The position numbers and the translations under genes are program-made. The notes beneath the pieces are model-generated. The model searched no databases. It saw only the letters and a list, made by a program, of their open reading frames with translations, and had not been told where the DNA came from. Shown piece after piece: positions 19,444 to 30,169 of a DNA stretch of 64,000 nt (position 1 is the first letter of the stretch; each line of letters starts with the position of its first letter). Source of the DNA: an uncultured Bacillales bacterium (lineage in GTDB: Bacteria; Bacillota_I; Bacilli_A; RF39; UBA660); the NCBI GenBank assembly GCA_947089915.1, contig CAMUMB010000001.1, positions 1,581-65,580 on the forward strand, given 5' to 3'.

Positions 19444-19706
19444 ATATTATTATGAATTTTTGATAATAATTCGTGTAATTGATTTAATTCTTCTTCAGAA
19501 AAATGAGATAATAATTCATTTGTATCTAATTCTTTGTTGTGATGTAATAAATGACCACATTTTCTTAAATCCATAATTACTTGTTCACCTGATGATTTAG
19601 GTTCATTATCGTTATTTTGTTTACCAAAATGTTCCATTCCTCTTCCACAGCTTAAATGATCTATGGAACAATGATTTGGACAACATGGACATTTTTCTTG
19701 ATTCAT
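19440..19706 (-). CDS. Small Cys/His-rich protein (88 aa), probable metal-binding
   Basis: CPCCPNHCSIDHLSCG and CGHLLHH clusters. GAAGGA RBS. Co-oriented and overlapping with the DUF1287-like gene. Confidence 0.45.
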   Translation of the reverse strand: MNQEKCPCCPNHCSIDHLSCGRGMEHFGKQNNDNEPKSSGEQVIMDLRKCGHLLHHNKELDTNELLSHFSEEELNQLHELLSKIHNNI

Positions 19707-19735
19707 ATTTTTTCCTTCTTTCTATTCATTTTAAA

Positions 19736-21670
19736 TTATTTGTTATTTATATAAATACATATCATCTGAGCAACCTGTTCATTTCCAATAGATGCATCTA
19801 TACACAAATCATAATTGTTTTTATCTCCCCATTTTTGGTTGGCAATTATACTATAATAATTGGATCTTGATTCATTAGAATCCATTATATGCTTCTTTGC
19901 ATCTTTCTCATTATCATTATAATTTTTCATCACATTTTTCACCTTATAATCCATAGGAGCATAAATAAATATTTTAATTAAACTTGGATTATTTCTTAAA
20001 ATATAGTCTGCAGATCTACCAACAATTACTGCACTACCCTGCTGTGCAATTGCTTCAATTACTTTTGCCTGATTTATAATGGCATCTTTATTGACATCCA
20101 AAGATAAATAGTTATCATATAATTCTTCTATATCATCTGTCCCATGTAACTGATTTCGAACGGCAAATTCCTTGATTTCCTCTTTATCATAAAATGGAAT
20201 ATTTAATTTTTTTGCTACTAATCTCGCAATCTCTTTTCCATTTGTTCCATGTTCCCTTGAAATAGAAATAATAAGATGATTGGATATTTTTGTATCACGA
20301 ATCGTCCCAATTTTAGCATGATAAGATTTTTTTAGAATCAATATGGAAATAAGTGCTGTTAAAATTTCTGAAATAGGGAATGTCCACCATACAATATTTA
20401 CAACTTCATCGGATAAAGTAAACAAATATGCTATTGGAAAAACAAACACCACTAATCTTAGGAAAGAAATCAAAAGAGGCCTTCCCGCATAATGAATGGA
20501 CTGTAATATTCCTTGAACAGCAATCGAAAAGCCCATAAATACAAATCCTAGGCTCGCAATTCTAAGAGCCTTCGTACAAACATGAATCATCTCTGCAGTA
20601 GTTCCTCCTGCAAGTCCAAAAAGTCCTGCAAGTGGATGTGCGAAAACTTCGAATAACACGGTTAAAAGAAAACTTACCATTGAAGTATCAATAATTCCAT
20701 ATTTGATACAATCATCAATTCTATTTTTATCTTTCATACCATAATTAAATGATAAGATTGATATGATTGTATTTGATAAGCCAAATGCTGAAAATAATGC
20801 GACTTGTTGGATTTTATAATAGATACCAAATGAGCCAATTAAGATCGTTTGATCTACTTCTGCAAGCCCTAAAATGGCGTTCATTCCTGCCATCATAACG
20901 GCAAGTAATCCCTGCATAATTGCCGCCGATATTCCAATGCTATAGATTCCCTTTATCAGTTTTCCATTCGGTTTTACATATTTTAAACTTCCATCAATTT
21001 CTTTGTTTTTTGTATAATGGAATAGCATAGCGATAAACAAGGAAACGAATTGCCCTATTATCGTAGCCCATGCAGCTCCAGCAACTCCCATATGAAGTGG
21101 ATAAATAAAGATATAATACAATATAATATTTACGCAGGCACCAGAAATTTGAGAAATAGTAGAAAGCATTGTTTTGCCTGTTGCTTATAGAAATCTCTCA
21201 TATACGGTATAACCGATAGATCCTAGTGATAGACAAGCACATATTTTTAAATAGGTTGTACCCATTTCAATAATTTCTTCCTTGTTTGTAAATAAAGAAA
21301 TAAACCATTCAGAACCAAACCAACCAAATAGTAAAAATACCAAGTAAATACAGATGCTTAAAAAAATCCCATTTCCAGCAACCCGATTCACCTTTTCTTG
21401 TTCTTTTTCTCCTAAACTTTTGGATAAGAGTGCATTTAACCCTACCCCAGTTCCAACTCCAATTGCAATAATCATAATTTGAATTGGAAATGAAAATGTT
21501 AATGCTTGATTGGCAATTGCTCCCTTAGTACCCATATTCGTAACAAAGATACTATCAATCACATTATATAATGCTTGTAATACCATAGAAACAATCATAG
21601 GTAGACCCATCTTCAAAAATAGTTTATTCATTGGAGCAACAGCCATCTTATTTTGCTTTTCTTCTTTCAT
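19736..21670 (-). pseudogene. MATE-family efflux transporter interrupted by one in-frame TAA (at 21185-21187) and fused at the C-terminus to a cytidylate-kinase-like (PF13189-type) domain
   Basis: ORFs 21185-21670 and 19736-21169 are in the same frame, separated only by TAA plus 5 codons (..YERFL*ATGKTMLS..). Together they make 12 TM helices. The C-terminal 180 aa (ISISREHGTNGKEIARLVAKKLNIPFYDKEEI...) resembles the cytidylate kinase-like family. Confidence 0.6.
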
Positions 21671-21815
21671 TTGAATCCTCCTTTACTAGGCGAGAAAAAA
21701 GAGCATAAACCCAAAACTGGATTTACGCTCTTTTAAAAGCCACTCGTCGTACAAGTATAGTATAACAAACTTTTCAATTTTTTTCAAACATGTTTTTAAA
21801 TTTTTACAAAATTGT

Positions 21816-22085
21816 TCACTTATCTTGATTTCGAAAAGGATGCTTTAGTTTATTTTTGATTTCTATTCTAATAATATTCATGGCTATTTCATATATTCGA
21901 TTTGCTTCAGAATTTTCAATCTGTAATTCGTTTATCAAATCTCTTATTATTTTATCTTTACTTTTTTTGCCAAACAAGGATGTACTTTCAAGAATATGAT
22001 TAATAATGATACATTTTTCTTTTTCATAATTTAATTGATTTTGAAGTTCTTGTATAAATTCTGTTTTATGCATTGTCATCGCCAT
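21816..22085 (-). CDS. Hypothetical small protein (89 aa)
   Basis: Complete ORF. Its start overlaps the end of the XRE regulator by 20 nt. Confidence 0.4.
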   Translation of the reverse strand: MAMTMHKTEFIQELQNQLNYEKEKCIIINHILESTSLFGKKSKDKIIRDLINELQIENSEANRIYEIAMNIIRIEIKNKLKHPFRNQDK

Positions 22086-22923
22086 ATATTTTTCCTTTCG
22101 AATCTAATTGAATTTGATAACCATATTCAAAAATATAGGATATACTGAAAATAATAATTCCAAAAATAATATCAATGAGTTCCAACTCTAACTCTAAATC
22201 AATACCTATTATTAATTGTAAAATGAATCCTAAAATATATGGAACAATCATATAAATTATAACATAAAAAGAAATTTTTCTAATGTAGTAAACATTATCC
22301 ATTGTAAAAGGTGTATCGCATTCATTGTTGTTTTTAAACAATTTGTATAAATAATTGGATATCATTCTTAATAGCAGTAACGAAATAATTAATCCCACTA
22401 AGACTATTTCAACATGAATTATGATCTCAGTATTCGTATGATGATCTAAATATTCTGCAACGATTGAGACTTCTGATTCCCTTATGTTTCCAATTACTGT
22501 ATCGTTTGATTTTAAAACATTTCCATCCACATGAATATTTTTGGAAATAAAAGGAACTACAATCATAACGATCAATAATATTCCTGCTCCAACCTCAGAT
22601 ACAATTCTCACAATTTTTGATAATACATAAATCACTTTACTTATCATTTTCATCTTTTTTTGTTTTTCTTTTTTAAACTTAACAACACTCATTTTAATCT
22701 CTTCATCTAATGAATCTATATCCGCAAAATTTTCATGAACCAAATCATTGATTTTACATTTAAAGATATCACATAAGCACATAATATTCTGCATACTTGG
22801 AAAATTCTCTCCAGTTTCCCATTTGGATATAGACTGCCTTGATACTCCAAGTTTTTCTGCAAGTTCTTCTTGTGATATTTTTTTATTTTTTCTAATTTGT
22901 TTCAGATTATCTCCGAATTTCAT
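22066..22923 (-). CDS. XRE-family HTH transcriptional regulator with C-terminal multi-TM domain
   Basis: N-terminal LKQIRKNKKISQEELAEKLGVSRQSISKWETGENFPS (Cro/C1 HTH), then 4-5 hydrophobic helices. AAAGGAG RBS. Confidence 0.75.
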   Translation of the reverse strand: MKFGDNLKQIRKNKKISQEELAEKLGVSRQSISKWETGENFPSMQNIMCLCDIFKCKINDLVHENFADIDSLDEEIKMSVVKFKKEKQKKMKMISKVIYVLSKIVRIVSEVGAGILLIVMIVVPFISKNIHVDGNVLKSNDTVIGNIRESEVSIVAEYLDHHTNTEIIIHVEIVLVGLIISLLLLRMISNYLYKLFKNNNECDTPFTMDNVYYIRKISFYVIIYMIVPYILGFILQLIIGIDLELELELIDIIFGIIIFSISYIFEYGYQIQLDSKGKIYGDDNA

Positions 22924-23092
22924 TAGACATTTCTCCTTTCTGTTGTTAAGTTTATGATAAATTATTATTTTATTCTACCAACTTTTAAGTGCATTTTACT
23001 TATCACGCAAAATTTTACAATTGTTGTTCTGTTTCCTGATTCATTTTCTTTCAATACTCCCATAATAGCGCATACATACTCATATAGCACCC

Positions 23093-23323
23093 CTATGAAA
23101 TAAAAAATAGTAAATCCAATACATCCAATAATTTACTTTTAAATTTTTCACTTAGTTTGCACAGTTTGATTATACTTCCAACCATCAAATAAATACTAAA
23201 TAAACATAGTAACAAACCTAAAATTCCATTGGGAGATTCCAATATAAATAATTGTAAAATAAAGGAGAGTAATCCTATCATAAATAGTACTCCACATAAA
23301 ACCTTTTGATTTTGTTTCTTCAT
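23093..23323 (-). CDS. Small membrane protein (76 aa, 2 TM)
   Basis: Hydrophobic ORF with start near RBS. No similarity recognised. Confidence 0.35.
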   Translation of the reverse strand: MKKQNQKVLCGVLFMIGLLSFILQLFILESPNGILGLLLCLFSIYLMVGSIIKLCKLSEKFKSKLLDVLDLLFFIS

Positions 23324-23359
23324 AAATCTTCACTCTTTTCTATTGAGGTATATCATACA

Positions 23360-24691
23360 CTATCCACAAAACAATTGTACCCAATACGTTTTTCCATTTA
23401 AAGTATATGTCCCAACTCCAATTGTTCTATGCCCAGAAGCAATCATATTATTATAGTGTCCAGGAGAATTTTTCCATGATGTTGCGACTTTTTGGGGAGT
23501 ACCATTATAACCACCTGTTCCATATGCAATATTCTCAGCAAAAATCATACGTTCAAATCCCATATCATCCCCAACAGAGCTCCATGATCTTCCATCTGGT
23601 CTTGTATGACGAAACGTATCAGCATAAGCCATTTCAATTGCGCGAATGGTTGCGAGCACACTCAATTCACGATTTAGAGTTAATGGTTCGGTACTTACTT
23701 CTACTCTATATTCATTGACATATTTGGTAACTTCTTCATAAAGCGCATAACTACTAGTACTTACATTACGTGCTTCTGATTCAAGTTCCTTACTCGTTGC
23801 CTGAAAACCACTTGTATCCAATTCTCTATTGGAACTGATTAATTTCTTATCGGTAGTAGCATTGCTATAGGTGGTAATAGTATAGATATTTGTAACTTTA
23901 TACTTTGTTCCATATTTTCCATCTTCATATGCTTCTTCGGTTTCATTTTTGGTACTCACAACTGTTATCACTGGTTGAGGAGGATTGTTGTTTGTCTCTT
24001 CCTTTGGATTGGAATTATTGTTCGTACTAACTGCTTGATTTGGAGTCTCGTTTATCTCTTTATTTTGAACAGTTAGATGAACCTTTTTCTTCACTTCATT
24101 TAAGGCATTATCACGCGCTACTATGATATACTCTTTTGTTCCAACGGTAGTGTCCAATTCTACAGTATTACCCTCCAAATCTGTTATTGTAATCATACAA
24201 GCAGCATTCGAATTATCCTCACAATGCACAATAAAATCATCAGAGGTAATCTCATCTCCCAAAGTAATTTCTACATCTTTTACTTCTAAAACAGGCGGTG
24301 TCTTATCTACTACTTCTAGAATGGAATGATAAATTTCACCATCTAGTTCAATTGTAACATCATATATTCCAATACTATAAACAATATTCTCATTCAAAAT
24401 CAAGTTTCTATCAGAAACAGTTTCATCTTGATTGATTAATGTAATTTTGACGTCATTTAGATTTATTTTTTCCAAAAAGAAAATTTCATAATCAAGAACA
24501 GTTCCAGAATCCATCACTACTTTGTCTTTGATTTCTATTTTCTTTTGGTCTTCTACTATAGAGGATTTTTTTGGTTTTAAAATCCAATCTCGATTTAGAA
24601 ATACTAAAATTACCGCAACAATTACAAGCATTCCTAGAATAATCAATATGACCTTCTTCTTGGTTATCATTTTCTTTTCTTTCTTATCCAT
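23360..24691 (-). CDS. Membrane-anchored extracellular protein with C-terminal CAP (SCP/PR-1-like) domain
   Basis: N-terminal signal anchor. C-terminal ..WKNSPGHYNNMIASGHRTIGVGTY..WVQLFCG matches the CAP-domain GHYTQ/HFTQ-like motifs. Confidence 0.65.
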   Translation of the reverse strand: MDKKEKKMITKKKVILIILGMLVIVAVILVFLNRDWILKPKKSSIVEDQKKIEIKDKVVMDSGTVLDYEIFFLEKINLNDVKITLINQDETVSDRNLILNENIVYSIGIYDVTIELDGEIYHSILEVVDKTPPVLEVKDVEITLGDEITSDDFIVHCEDNSNAACMITITDLEGNTVELDTTVGTKEYIIVARDNALNEVKKKVHLTVQNKEINETPNQAVSTNNNSNPKEETNNNPPQPVITVVSTKNETEEAYEDGKYGTKYKVTNIYTITTYSNATTDKKLISSNRELDTSGFQATSKELESEARNVSTSSYALYEEVTKYVNEYRVEVSTEPLTLNRELSVLATIRAIEMAYADTFRHTRPDGRSWSSVGDDMGFERMIFAENIAYGTGGYNGTPQKVATSWKNSPGHYNNMIASGHRTIGVGTYTLNGKTYWVQLFCG

Positions 24692-24709
24692 AATCTAAAA
24701 TCCTTCCTT

Positions 24710-25477
24710 TTACGCAATCGTAAATTCGGCGGTTATATAGTGTTTGGTTCCTTCTCCTGCATAAGATGTATCTTTTAAAATCCGATATTTGCCATTTTCT
24801 AGTGTTCCATAATGATATTCCCAATTCACTTTTAATTCTAATGTATGATTTTCATTGACAGAATATCCAATCGTAATAAAAGTCATATCGTGTTTCGGTT
24901 TCATTTCCACCCACACTCCGTTTTCCTCTTTTTCAAGCTGATATCCCTCTCCATAAATATTGTTCCTATCACTGGTATCCGTAATAATGACAGTTGCTCC
25001 TTTATTCGTTAAAGTACCCTTTTTGATTGTCATGGATACATTCTCTAAATCATCTATTTTGATGCTACACTTATTTATTAAGGTTTCTTTTTCTTTGGCA
25101 ATATAAATATCTTGGTTATGGTCTATTGTATTACATGAGATAACATAAAAATCTTCATTTCCAAATTCTTGCTGATTCTCGTCATAGTGATATATGATAG
25201 AACCACCATCTCTTAATGTATCCACATAATTTAATTGTTTCAAAAAATCCCCTACTGTAATTTCCTCGTTCATGAAAGCATCAAATAGGTTAGAACTACT
25301 AGAATGTAAATAAGGAACTTCAAAGGAAAAAGATACATGTCTACCATCATCTAAGGTAAGACCAAGCATAAATAATTCTTGTTGTGAATTGGAAACTTTT
25401 TCTACCTTTTTGCGACAACCAGTACCTGAAATTAGAATACTACAAATAATCAAATGAAATAATACTTTTTTCATCAC
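24710..25477 (-). CDS. Lipoprotein of unknown function
   Basis: Signal peptide with lipobox LISGTG-C. Confidence 0.55.
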   Translation of the reverse strand: MMKKVLFHLIICSILISGTGCRKKVEKVSNSQQELFMLGLTLDDGRHVSFSFEVPYLHSSSSNLFDAFMNEEITVGDFLKQLNYVDTLRDGGSIIYHYDENQQEFGNEDFYVISCNTIDHNQDIYIAKEKETLINKCSIKIDDLENVSMTIKKGTLTNKGATVIITDTSDRNNIYGEGYQLEKEENGVWVEMKPKHDMTFITIGYSVNENHTLELKVNWEYHYGTLENGKYRILKDTSYAGEGTKHYITAEFTIA

Positions 25478-25572
25478 TTCACCTTACCACTTTCTACCCC
25501 ACATTATATCACAAGTTGAAAGATTTTCCTAATCCAATAACCATTAGAAAAGGATCCCTTAGGACCCCTTTA

Positions 25573-25725
25573 TTACATCATATTTTCTAGCTTTTTATTT
25601 GCCTTTTTCATGGTTGCATCTACTGCTTTTTCTACACTCTTCTTTACAGGCTTATTATACTTTTGATACGCCAAAACAGCCCCTGCACCTATACCCATAA
25701 GTGCCATATCCTTAACAAATTTCAT
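25573..25725 (-). CDS. Small protein (50 aa), one hydrophobic helix plus Lys-rich tail
   Basis: ATG at 25725 preceded by GAAGGTG SD. The ORF-track N-terminal extension has no RBS. Confidence 0.4.
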   Translation of the reverse strand: MKFVKDMALMGIGAGAVLAYQKYNKPVKKSVEKAVDATMKKANKKLENMM

Positions 25726-25792
25726 ATTATCACCTTCTCGCCAAAAAATATGAATGTATGCATATACACTATACATACATTCATAGTTTGCA

Positions 25793-28018
25793 TCATTTAC
25801 TCGAATTTATACAGACATTTCTTAACTTTTCACATAAACTCGTTTTGCGAATTCTTTCATGATCATTGGATACACTATAGGTAAATGCTTGTATTTCTCC
25901 CATAACAATTAATTTTTTCTTTGCTCTTGTAACACCTGTATAAATAAGTTTACGATAAAGCATTCTATAATAAGACATGCAAATTGGTAAAACAACCAAT
26001 TCAAATTCACTTCCTTGAGATTTATGAATACTGATAATAAATCCATGTTTGATTTTAGAAAAGTCTTTTGGTAAATATTTTACTTCTAACCCATCATAAT
26101 CTACATAGATCTCATTTTTTTTACTTTTACTCATTTCGGATGGAATAATGCGACTAATAATGCCAATATCACCATTAAACACATTTTCTTCTGGCATATT
26201 GACAAGTTGTAATACTTTGTCGCTTTCCCTAAAAATCACATCTCCTACTTTGATTTCTTGTTTATCCTCTTCTTTGGGATTCCAAATTGCCTGTAACTCT
26301 TGATTGAGACGGTCTATTCCATTTGGACCTGCATACATCGGTGCCATCATTTGGACTCTTTTATAATCATATCCTTTTTCAATTAATTGTTCTGTTAATT
26401 TTTTTAAAGAAGGGCCAATTTGTTCTGGTGAACATTCCAAAAAAGTAAAATCGTTTGTGGTACTTAAGTATTGCTCACTTAAATTGTTATTTTTAATTTC
26501 TTCGGCAAGTACAGGAATATAAGAATCATTACTCTGACGATAAAGTAAATTAAGAGGTATAGTCGTAATACATTCACTGAGAAGCAAATCTTTTAAAATT
26601 TCTCCTGGTCCAACACTTGGTAACTGATGATAATCCCCTACCAAAACGAGTTTGATATTTGTCGTTAACCCTTCTAATAAATGCTCAAATAATTGGGTAT
26701 CAATCATGCTTACCTCATCGACAATAATCAGTTTTTGTGTAGCAGGATTCCATTCATTGACGGCAAATTCGTTGTTATCCTTATTCCATTTTAAAAACCT
26801 GTGAATGGTAGTAGCTGGAAATAAAGTTGCTTCCGCCATTCGTTTACTTGCTCTTCCTGTAGGTGCCAGTAAAGCAATTTCACTTTCTGCCTCGTCTTGT
26901 GATAAATGGTTTAAACTTTGGTATAATTCGACAATGGCTTTGATAATCGTCGTCTTTCCTGTGCCGGGTCCACCTGTAATAATGGTAATATGTTTTTGTA
27001 AAGATTCTCGAATAGCTTTCTTTTGTTCTTCATTATATTCTATTTGTTCCTGCTTTTCTAAGGTTTGAATATTCTCATCTAAATTTTGATATCGTTCATC
27101 TTCCTTTTGAATGAGGTTCCAAATTCGTTTTACAATATATTGTTCTGCATCATGTATCGTTTTTAAATAATAGCGATTTTCTTCTAATACAAATTTATTT
27201 TCCAAACACAAATCTTCTAAATAGCTTTGAAATAAATCAAAATCAACTTCCAAACCTAGGTATTGGTTCATACTTTCATATAAATCTTCTATTACAAAAT
27301 AAGTATCTCCTGTTTCAAAAGAAAGTTTTTTTCCAATGTAAAATAAACAAGCCTTCATACGTCTTTCATCTAATGTATCTATATTGAAATGAGAGGCAAT
27401 ACGATCGAGTTTTGGAAACGTAATTTCTTCTACCTCATCTAAAACTCTATAAATATTATGTTCCAATTCTAAAATGGTATTACCTTTGTAACAATTATAA
27501 ATAGAAAGAGCATCTTTCATGGAAAAGCCAAGTTCTGTTAAATAAACAATTGTTTTATGGCTTTCTTCGTACTTGGTTAAATTTTGAATGATTTGATTTT
27601 GTTTTTTCAAAGAAAGTTTTGGTACTAGATTCAAGCAAGCAGGATCTTCTAAAATACGGTCCAGTGTATTTTCTCCTAATGTTTCAACAATTTTAGTTGC
27701 CATTTTTTCACCAATACCTGAAAATAAATCACTCGATAAAAAGGAGATAATGCCATCCTTGTCCTCTGGTTTCATATGTTCTGATTCTGTTACTTGAAAT
27801 TGTAATCCATATTTAGGGTGATTGACTACCTCCCCTTTGCATAAATACATATCATCTTCTTTTAAATCAGCAAAATAACCCGTAAATGTAATGGTTTTTT
27901 CGATATAGTCTTGTAATTCTTCATCATCGGTTTCTTTTAGCTTCAAAATACCAATGACAAAGCCTTTTTCAGACGAAAAAATACTTCGTTTATAAATTCC
28001 TTTTACATATTTACTCAT
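25793..28018 (-). CDS. recD2: ATP-dependent RecD-like DNA helicase (RecD2 / YrrC family)
   Basis: Walker A ITGGPGTGKTT, DEVSMID Walker B, C-terminal SH3-like region. N-terminus MSKYVKGIYKR.. typical of RecD2. Confidence 0.85.
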   Translation of the reverse strand: MSKYVKGIYKRSIFSSEKGFVIGILKLKETDDEELQDYIEKTITFTGYFADLKEDDMYLCKGEVVNHPKYGLQFQVTESEHMKPEDKDGIISFLSSDLFSGIGEKMATKIVETLGENTLDRILEDPACLNLVPKLSLKKQNQIIQNLTKYEESHKTIVYLTELGFSMKDALSIYNCYKGNTILELEHNIYRVLDEVEEITFPKLDRIASHFNIDTLDERRMKACLFYIGKKLSFETGDTYFVIEDLYESMNQYLGLEVDFDLFQSYLEDLCLENKFVLEENRYYLKTIHDAEQYIVKRIWNLIQKEDERYQNLDENIQTLEKQEQIEYNEEQKKAIRESLQKHITIITGGPGTGKTTIIKAIVELYQSLNHLSQDEAESEIALLAPTGRASKRMAEATLFPATTIHRFLKWNKDNNEFAVNEWNPATQKLIIVDEVSMIDTQLFEHLLEGLTTNIKLVLVGDYHQLPSVGPGEILKDLLLSECITTIPLNLLYRQSNDSYIPVLAEEIKNNNLSEQYLSTTNDFTFLECSPEQIGPSLKKLTEQLIEKGYDYKRVQMMAPMYAGPNGIDRLNQELQAIWNPKEEDKQEIKVGDVIFRESDKVLQLVNMPEENVFNGDIGIISRIIPSEMSKSKKNEIYVDYDGLEVKYLPKDFSKIKHGFIISIHKSQGSEFELVVLPICMSYYRMLYRKLIYTGVTRAKKKLIVMGEIQAFTYSVSNDHERIRKTSLCEKLRNVCINSSK

Positions 28019-28091
28019 TCTATCATTTCCTAACAATATCATTATATCAAACATACGTTCTAATTACAAATAGAAAAAAGTCTTTCGACTT

Positions 28092-28811
28092 TTAACGTGT
28101 TTTTCCTTCTTCAGAATAATTTTGTTGTTCTTCTAAATATTGTTGTTCTAGTCTATATCGTTCTAAAATCTCTTGTGGTAAATATAGTGGTCCATGTTCT
28201 GGACTGGAGTCTCTTGGACTATATTCTTCCAAATCCTTATAATATTCTGCTCTTTGTTTTTGTTGCTGCTCTAATATATGTCTTGCTCCAACGAAAGAAG
28301 CAGTTGCAATCGCGGCTAAAACACCTACCGCTTTTACAAAATTCCCATTTCTTTGCAATTTCATACTCTCGCGGTTATGTACTCTATGTGCTACTTGATC
28401 AAGAGTCTCTTCAAATGACATAACTTCCGTCGTAGTTCCTTTTATTTCATTTGGAATGATTATCGCTAATTCTTGTATTCTTTTTTGAAGTTCTTCTGAT
28501 TTCACATTGATAATCGTTTTTTCTTGAGATACCATTGGTCGAAGATTGTCAAAGTTGTATTTTTTATTAAAAGCATACTGAAAGATTCTATTTTTATTTT
28601 GGTCTAAGTATATCTTAGAATTGTTAATATTTGTATTAACATTTTTACTTGTATTACCGTGTAATAATCTGACGATTTCTTCTATTGTATAATAGTATCC
28701 AGTTGGTATTTTACAATCTTCATACTGAAGATATTCTTTTAATCTAATTTCATTTTGTTCTAGATCAATTGGTTCTAATTCGAATATACGAATTATCGGT
28801 TCTTTACTCAT
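28092..28811 (-). CDS. Hypothetical protein with coiled-coil region and one TM segment near C-terminus
   Basis: 239 aa, complete ORF. No family recognised. Confidence 0.4.
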   Translation of the reverse strand: MSKEPIIRIFELEPIDLEQNEIRLKEYLQYEDCKIPTGYYYTIEEIVRLLHGNTSKNVNTNINNSKIYLDQNKNRIFQYAFNKKYNFDNLRPMVSQEKTIINVKSEELQKRIQELAIIIPNEIKGTTTEVMSFEETLDQVAHRVHNRESMKLQRNGNFVKAVGVLAAIATASFVGARHILEQQQKQRAEYYKDLEEYSPRDSSPEHGPLYLPQEILERYRLEQQYLEEQQNYSEEGKTR

Positions 28812-28841
28812 CGTTTTTCAACTCCTATATGTATTATATTA

Positions 28842-30140
28842 CTATAACTTTATAAAATAGTCAACGTTTTCAACACCATAGCAATATGGATACTCTATTT
28901 GTTCAAGTTTCAGTATTCTCTTTTTCTGTAAGTTTTTATCGTTTGTTTTTACTTTTACAAGTAAATAATTTCCTGTATGTCCTATAATACCATCCTCAGA
29001 AATCGTTTCTGGTAATACTTCCACTTCTTTTCCTATGAACTGTTTCATATACTCTACTTCTAATTGTTTTGAAAGAGAAATTAATATTCGAGCTCGTTCT
29101 TTTTTTGTTGCGTTGTCTAAATGATTTGGAAGTTTACAAGCCGCTGTTCTATCACGTTTGGAAAAGGGAAAAACATGTAGTTTTGCAAATTTTATGGTTT
29201 GAATGGTTTCAATTGTTTCTTTAAATTCCTCTTCTGTTTCTCCTGGAAATCCTGTAATTACATCTGTGGTAATGGAAATATTAGGTCTTATTTTTCTAAT
29301 TTGATTTATTTTTTGGATAAAATATTCCTTGTCATATTTGCGATTCATTCGTTTTAATACTGTATTAGAACCACTTTGTAGTGGAATATGCAAATGATCT
29401 ACTAATACCTGACTTTTCGCAAACACTTCTAATACACGTTCGTTTAACTCTGTTGCTTCAATAGAAGAAATACGAACTCTTTCCAATCCTTCTATTTGGA
29501 TCAAATCATTGAGTAAGTCTGCAAAATCATAATTTTCAAATTCTGCTCCATAATTTCCTGTATGAATTCCTGTTAAGACAATTTCTCTATGCCCATTTTG
29601 AACCAATTCTTTTACTTCTTGTATCACCGTTTTTGGTTTTTTGCTACGAACATTTCCTCTAGTATAAGGTATGATGCAATAAGTACAAAAATTGTCACAT
29701 CCATCTTGGATTTTTACAAAAGCCCTTGTTTTATTAAAATTATTGAGTATCATTGATTCAAATGTTAAATCTTTCATTTCAAGCACATCTTCAATTTTAT
29801 TTTTATGTTCTAAAAATGATTCTATATATCCTACTATTTTAGATTTTCCTTGATTCCCAATTACAATATCTACTCCATCAATTTCAATATTTTTTGCATT
29901 CTGCGCAAAACATCCACAAACTACAATTAAAGCATCTGGATTTTTATGAATCGCATGTTTAATCGTTTTCATCGATTTATGATCTGCAGTATTGGTTACT
30001 GTACAAGTATTAATAATAGAAATATCCGCTAATTCATCTGTAGATACTTCTATATATCCATTATTCTTTAATTGATCACGCATCACATTAGATTCATAGG
30101 TATTGACTTTACATCCTAATGTATAAATATTAAATTTCAT
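28842..30140 (-). CDS. mtaB: Radical-SAM methylthiotransferase, MtaB-like (tRNA t6A37 methylthiotransferase; MiaB/RimO family)
   Basis: UPF0004 N-domain Cys triad. Radical SAM CDNFCTYCIIP, TRAM-like C-terminus. 432 aa. Gene neighbourhood with rsmE as in Bacillus yqeU-yqeV. Confidence 0.8.
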   Translation of the reverse strand: MKFNIYTLGCKVNTYESNVMRDQLKNNGYIEVSTDELADISIINTCTVTNTADHKSMKTIKHAIHKNPDALIVVCGCFAQNAKNIEIDGVDIVIGNQGKSKIVGYIESFLEHKNKIEDVLEMKDLTFESMILNNFNKTRAFVKIQDGCDNFCTYCIIPYTRGNVRSKKPKTVIQEVKELVQNGHREIVLTGIHTGNYGAEFENYDFADLLNDLIQIEGLERVRISSIEATELNERVLEVFAKSQVLVDHLHIPLQSGSNTVLKRMNRKYDKEYFIQKINQIRKIRPNISITTDVITGFPGETEEEFKETIETIQTIKFAKLHVFPFSKRDRTAACKLPNHLDNATKKERARILISLSKQLEVEYMKQFIGKEVEVLPETISEDGIIGHTGNYLLVKVKTNDKNLQKKRILKLEQIEYPYCYGVENVDYFIKL

Positions 30141-30169
30141 AAACCCTCCTAAAAAATAGGCAAGATTGC

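Noticed and set aside
21170-21184. Treating the two MATE ORFs as separate genes with a short intergenic gap
   Set aside because: Same frame, only a single stop between them. Neither half is a complete MATE fold, and the downstream half lacks an SD.
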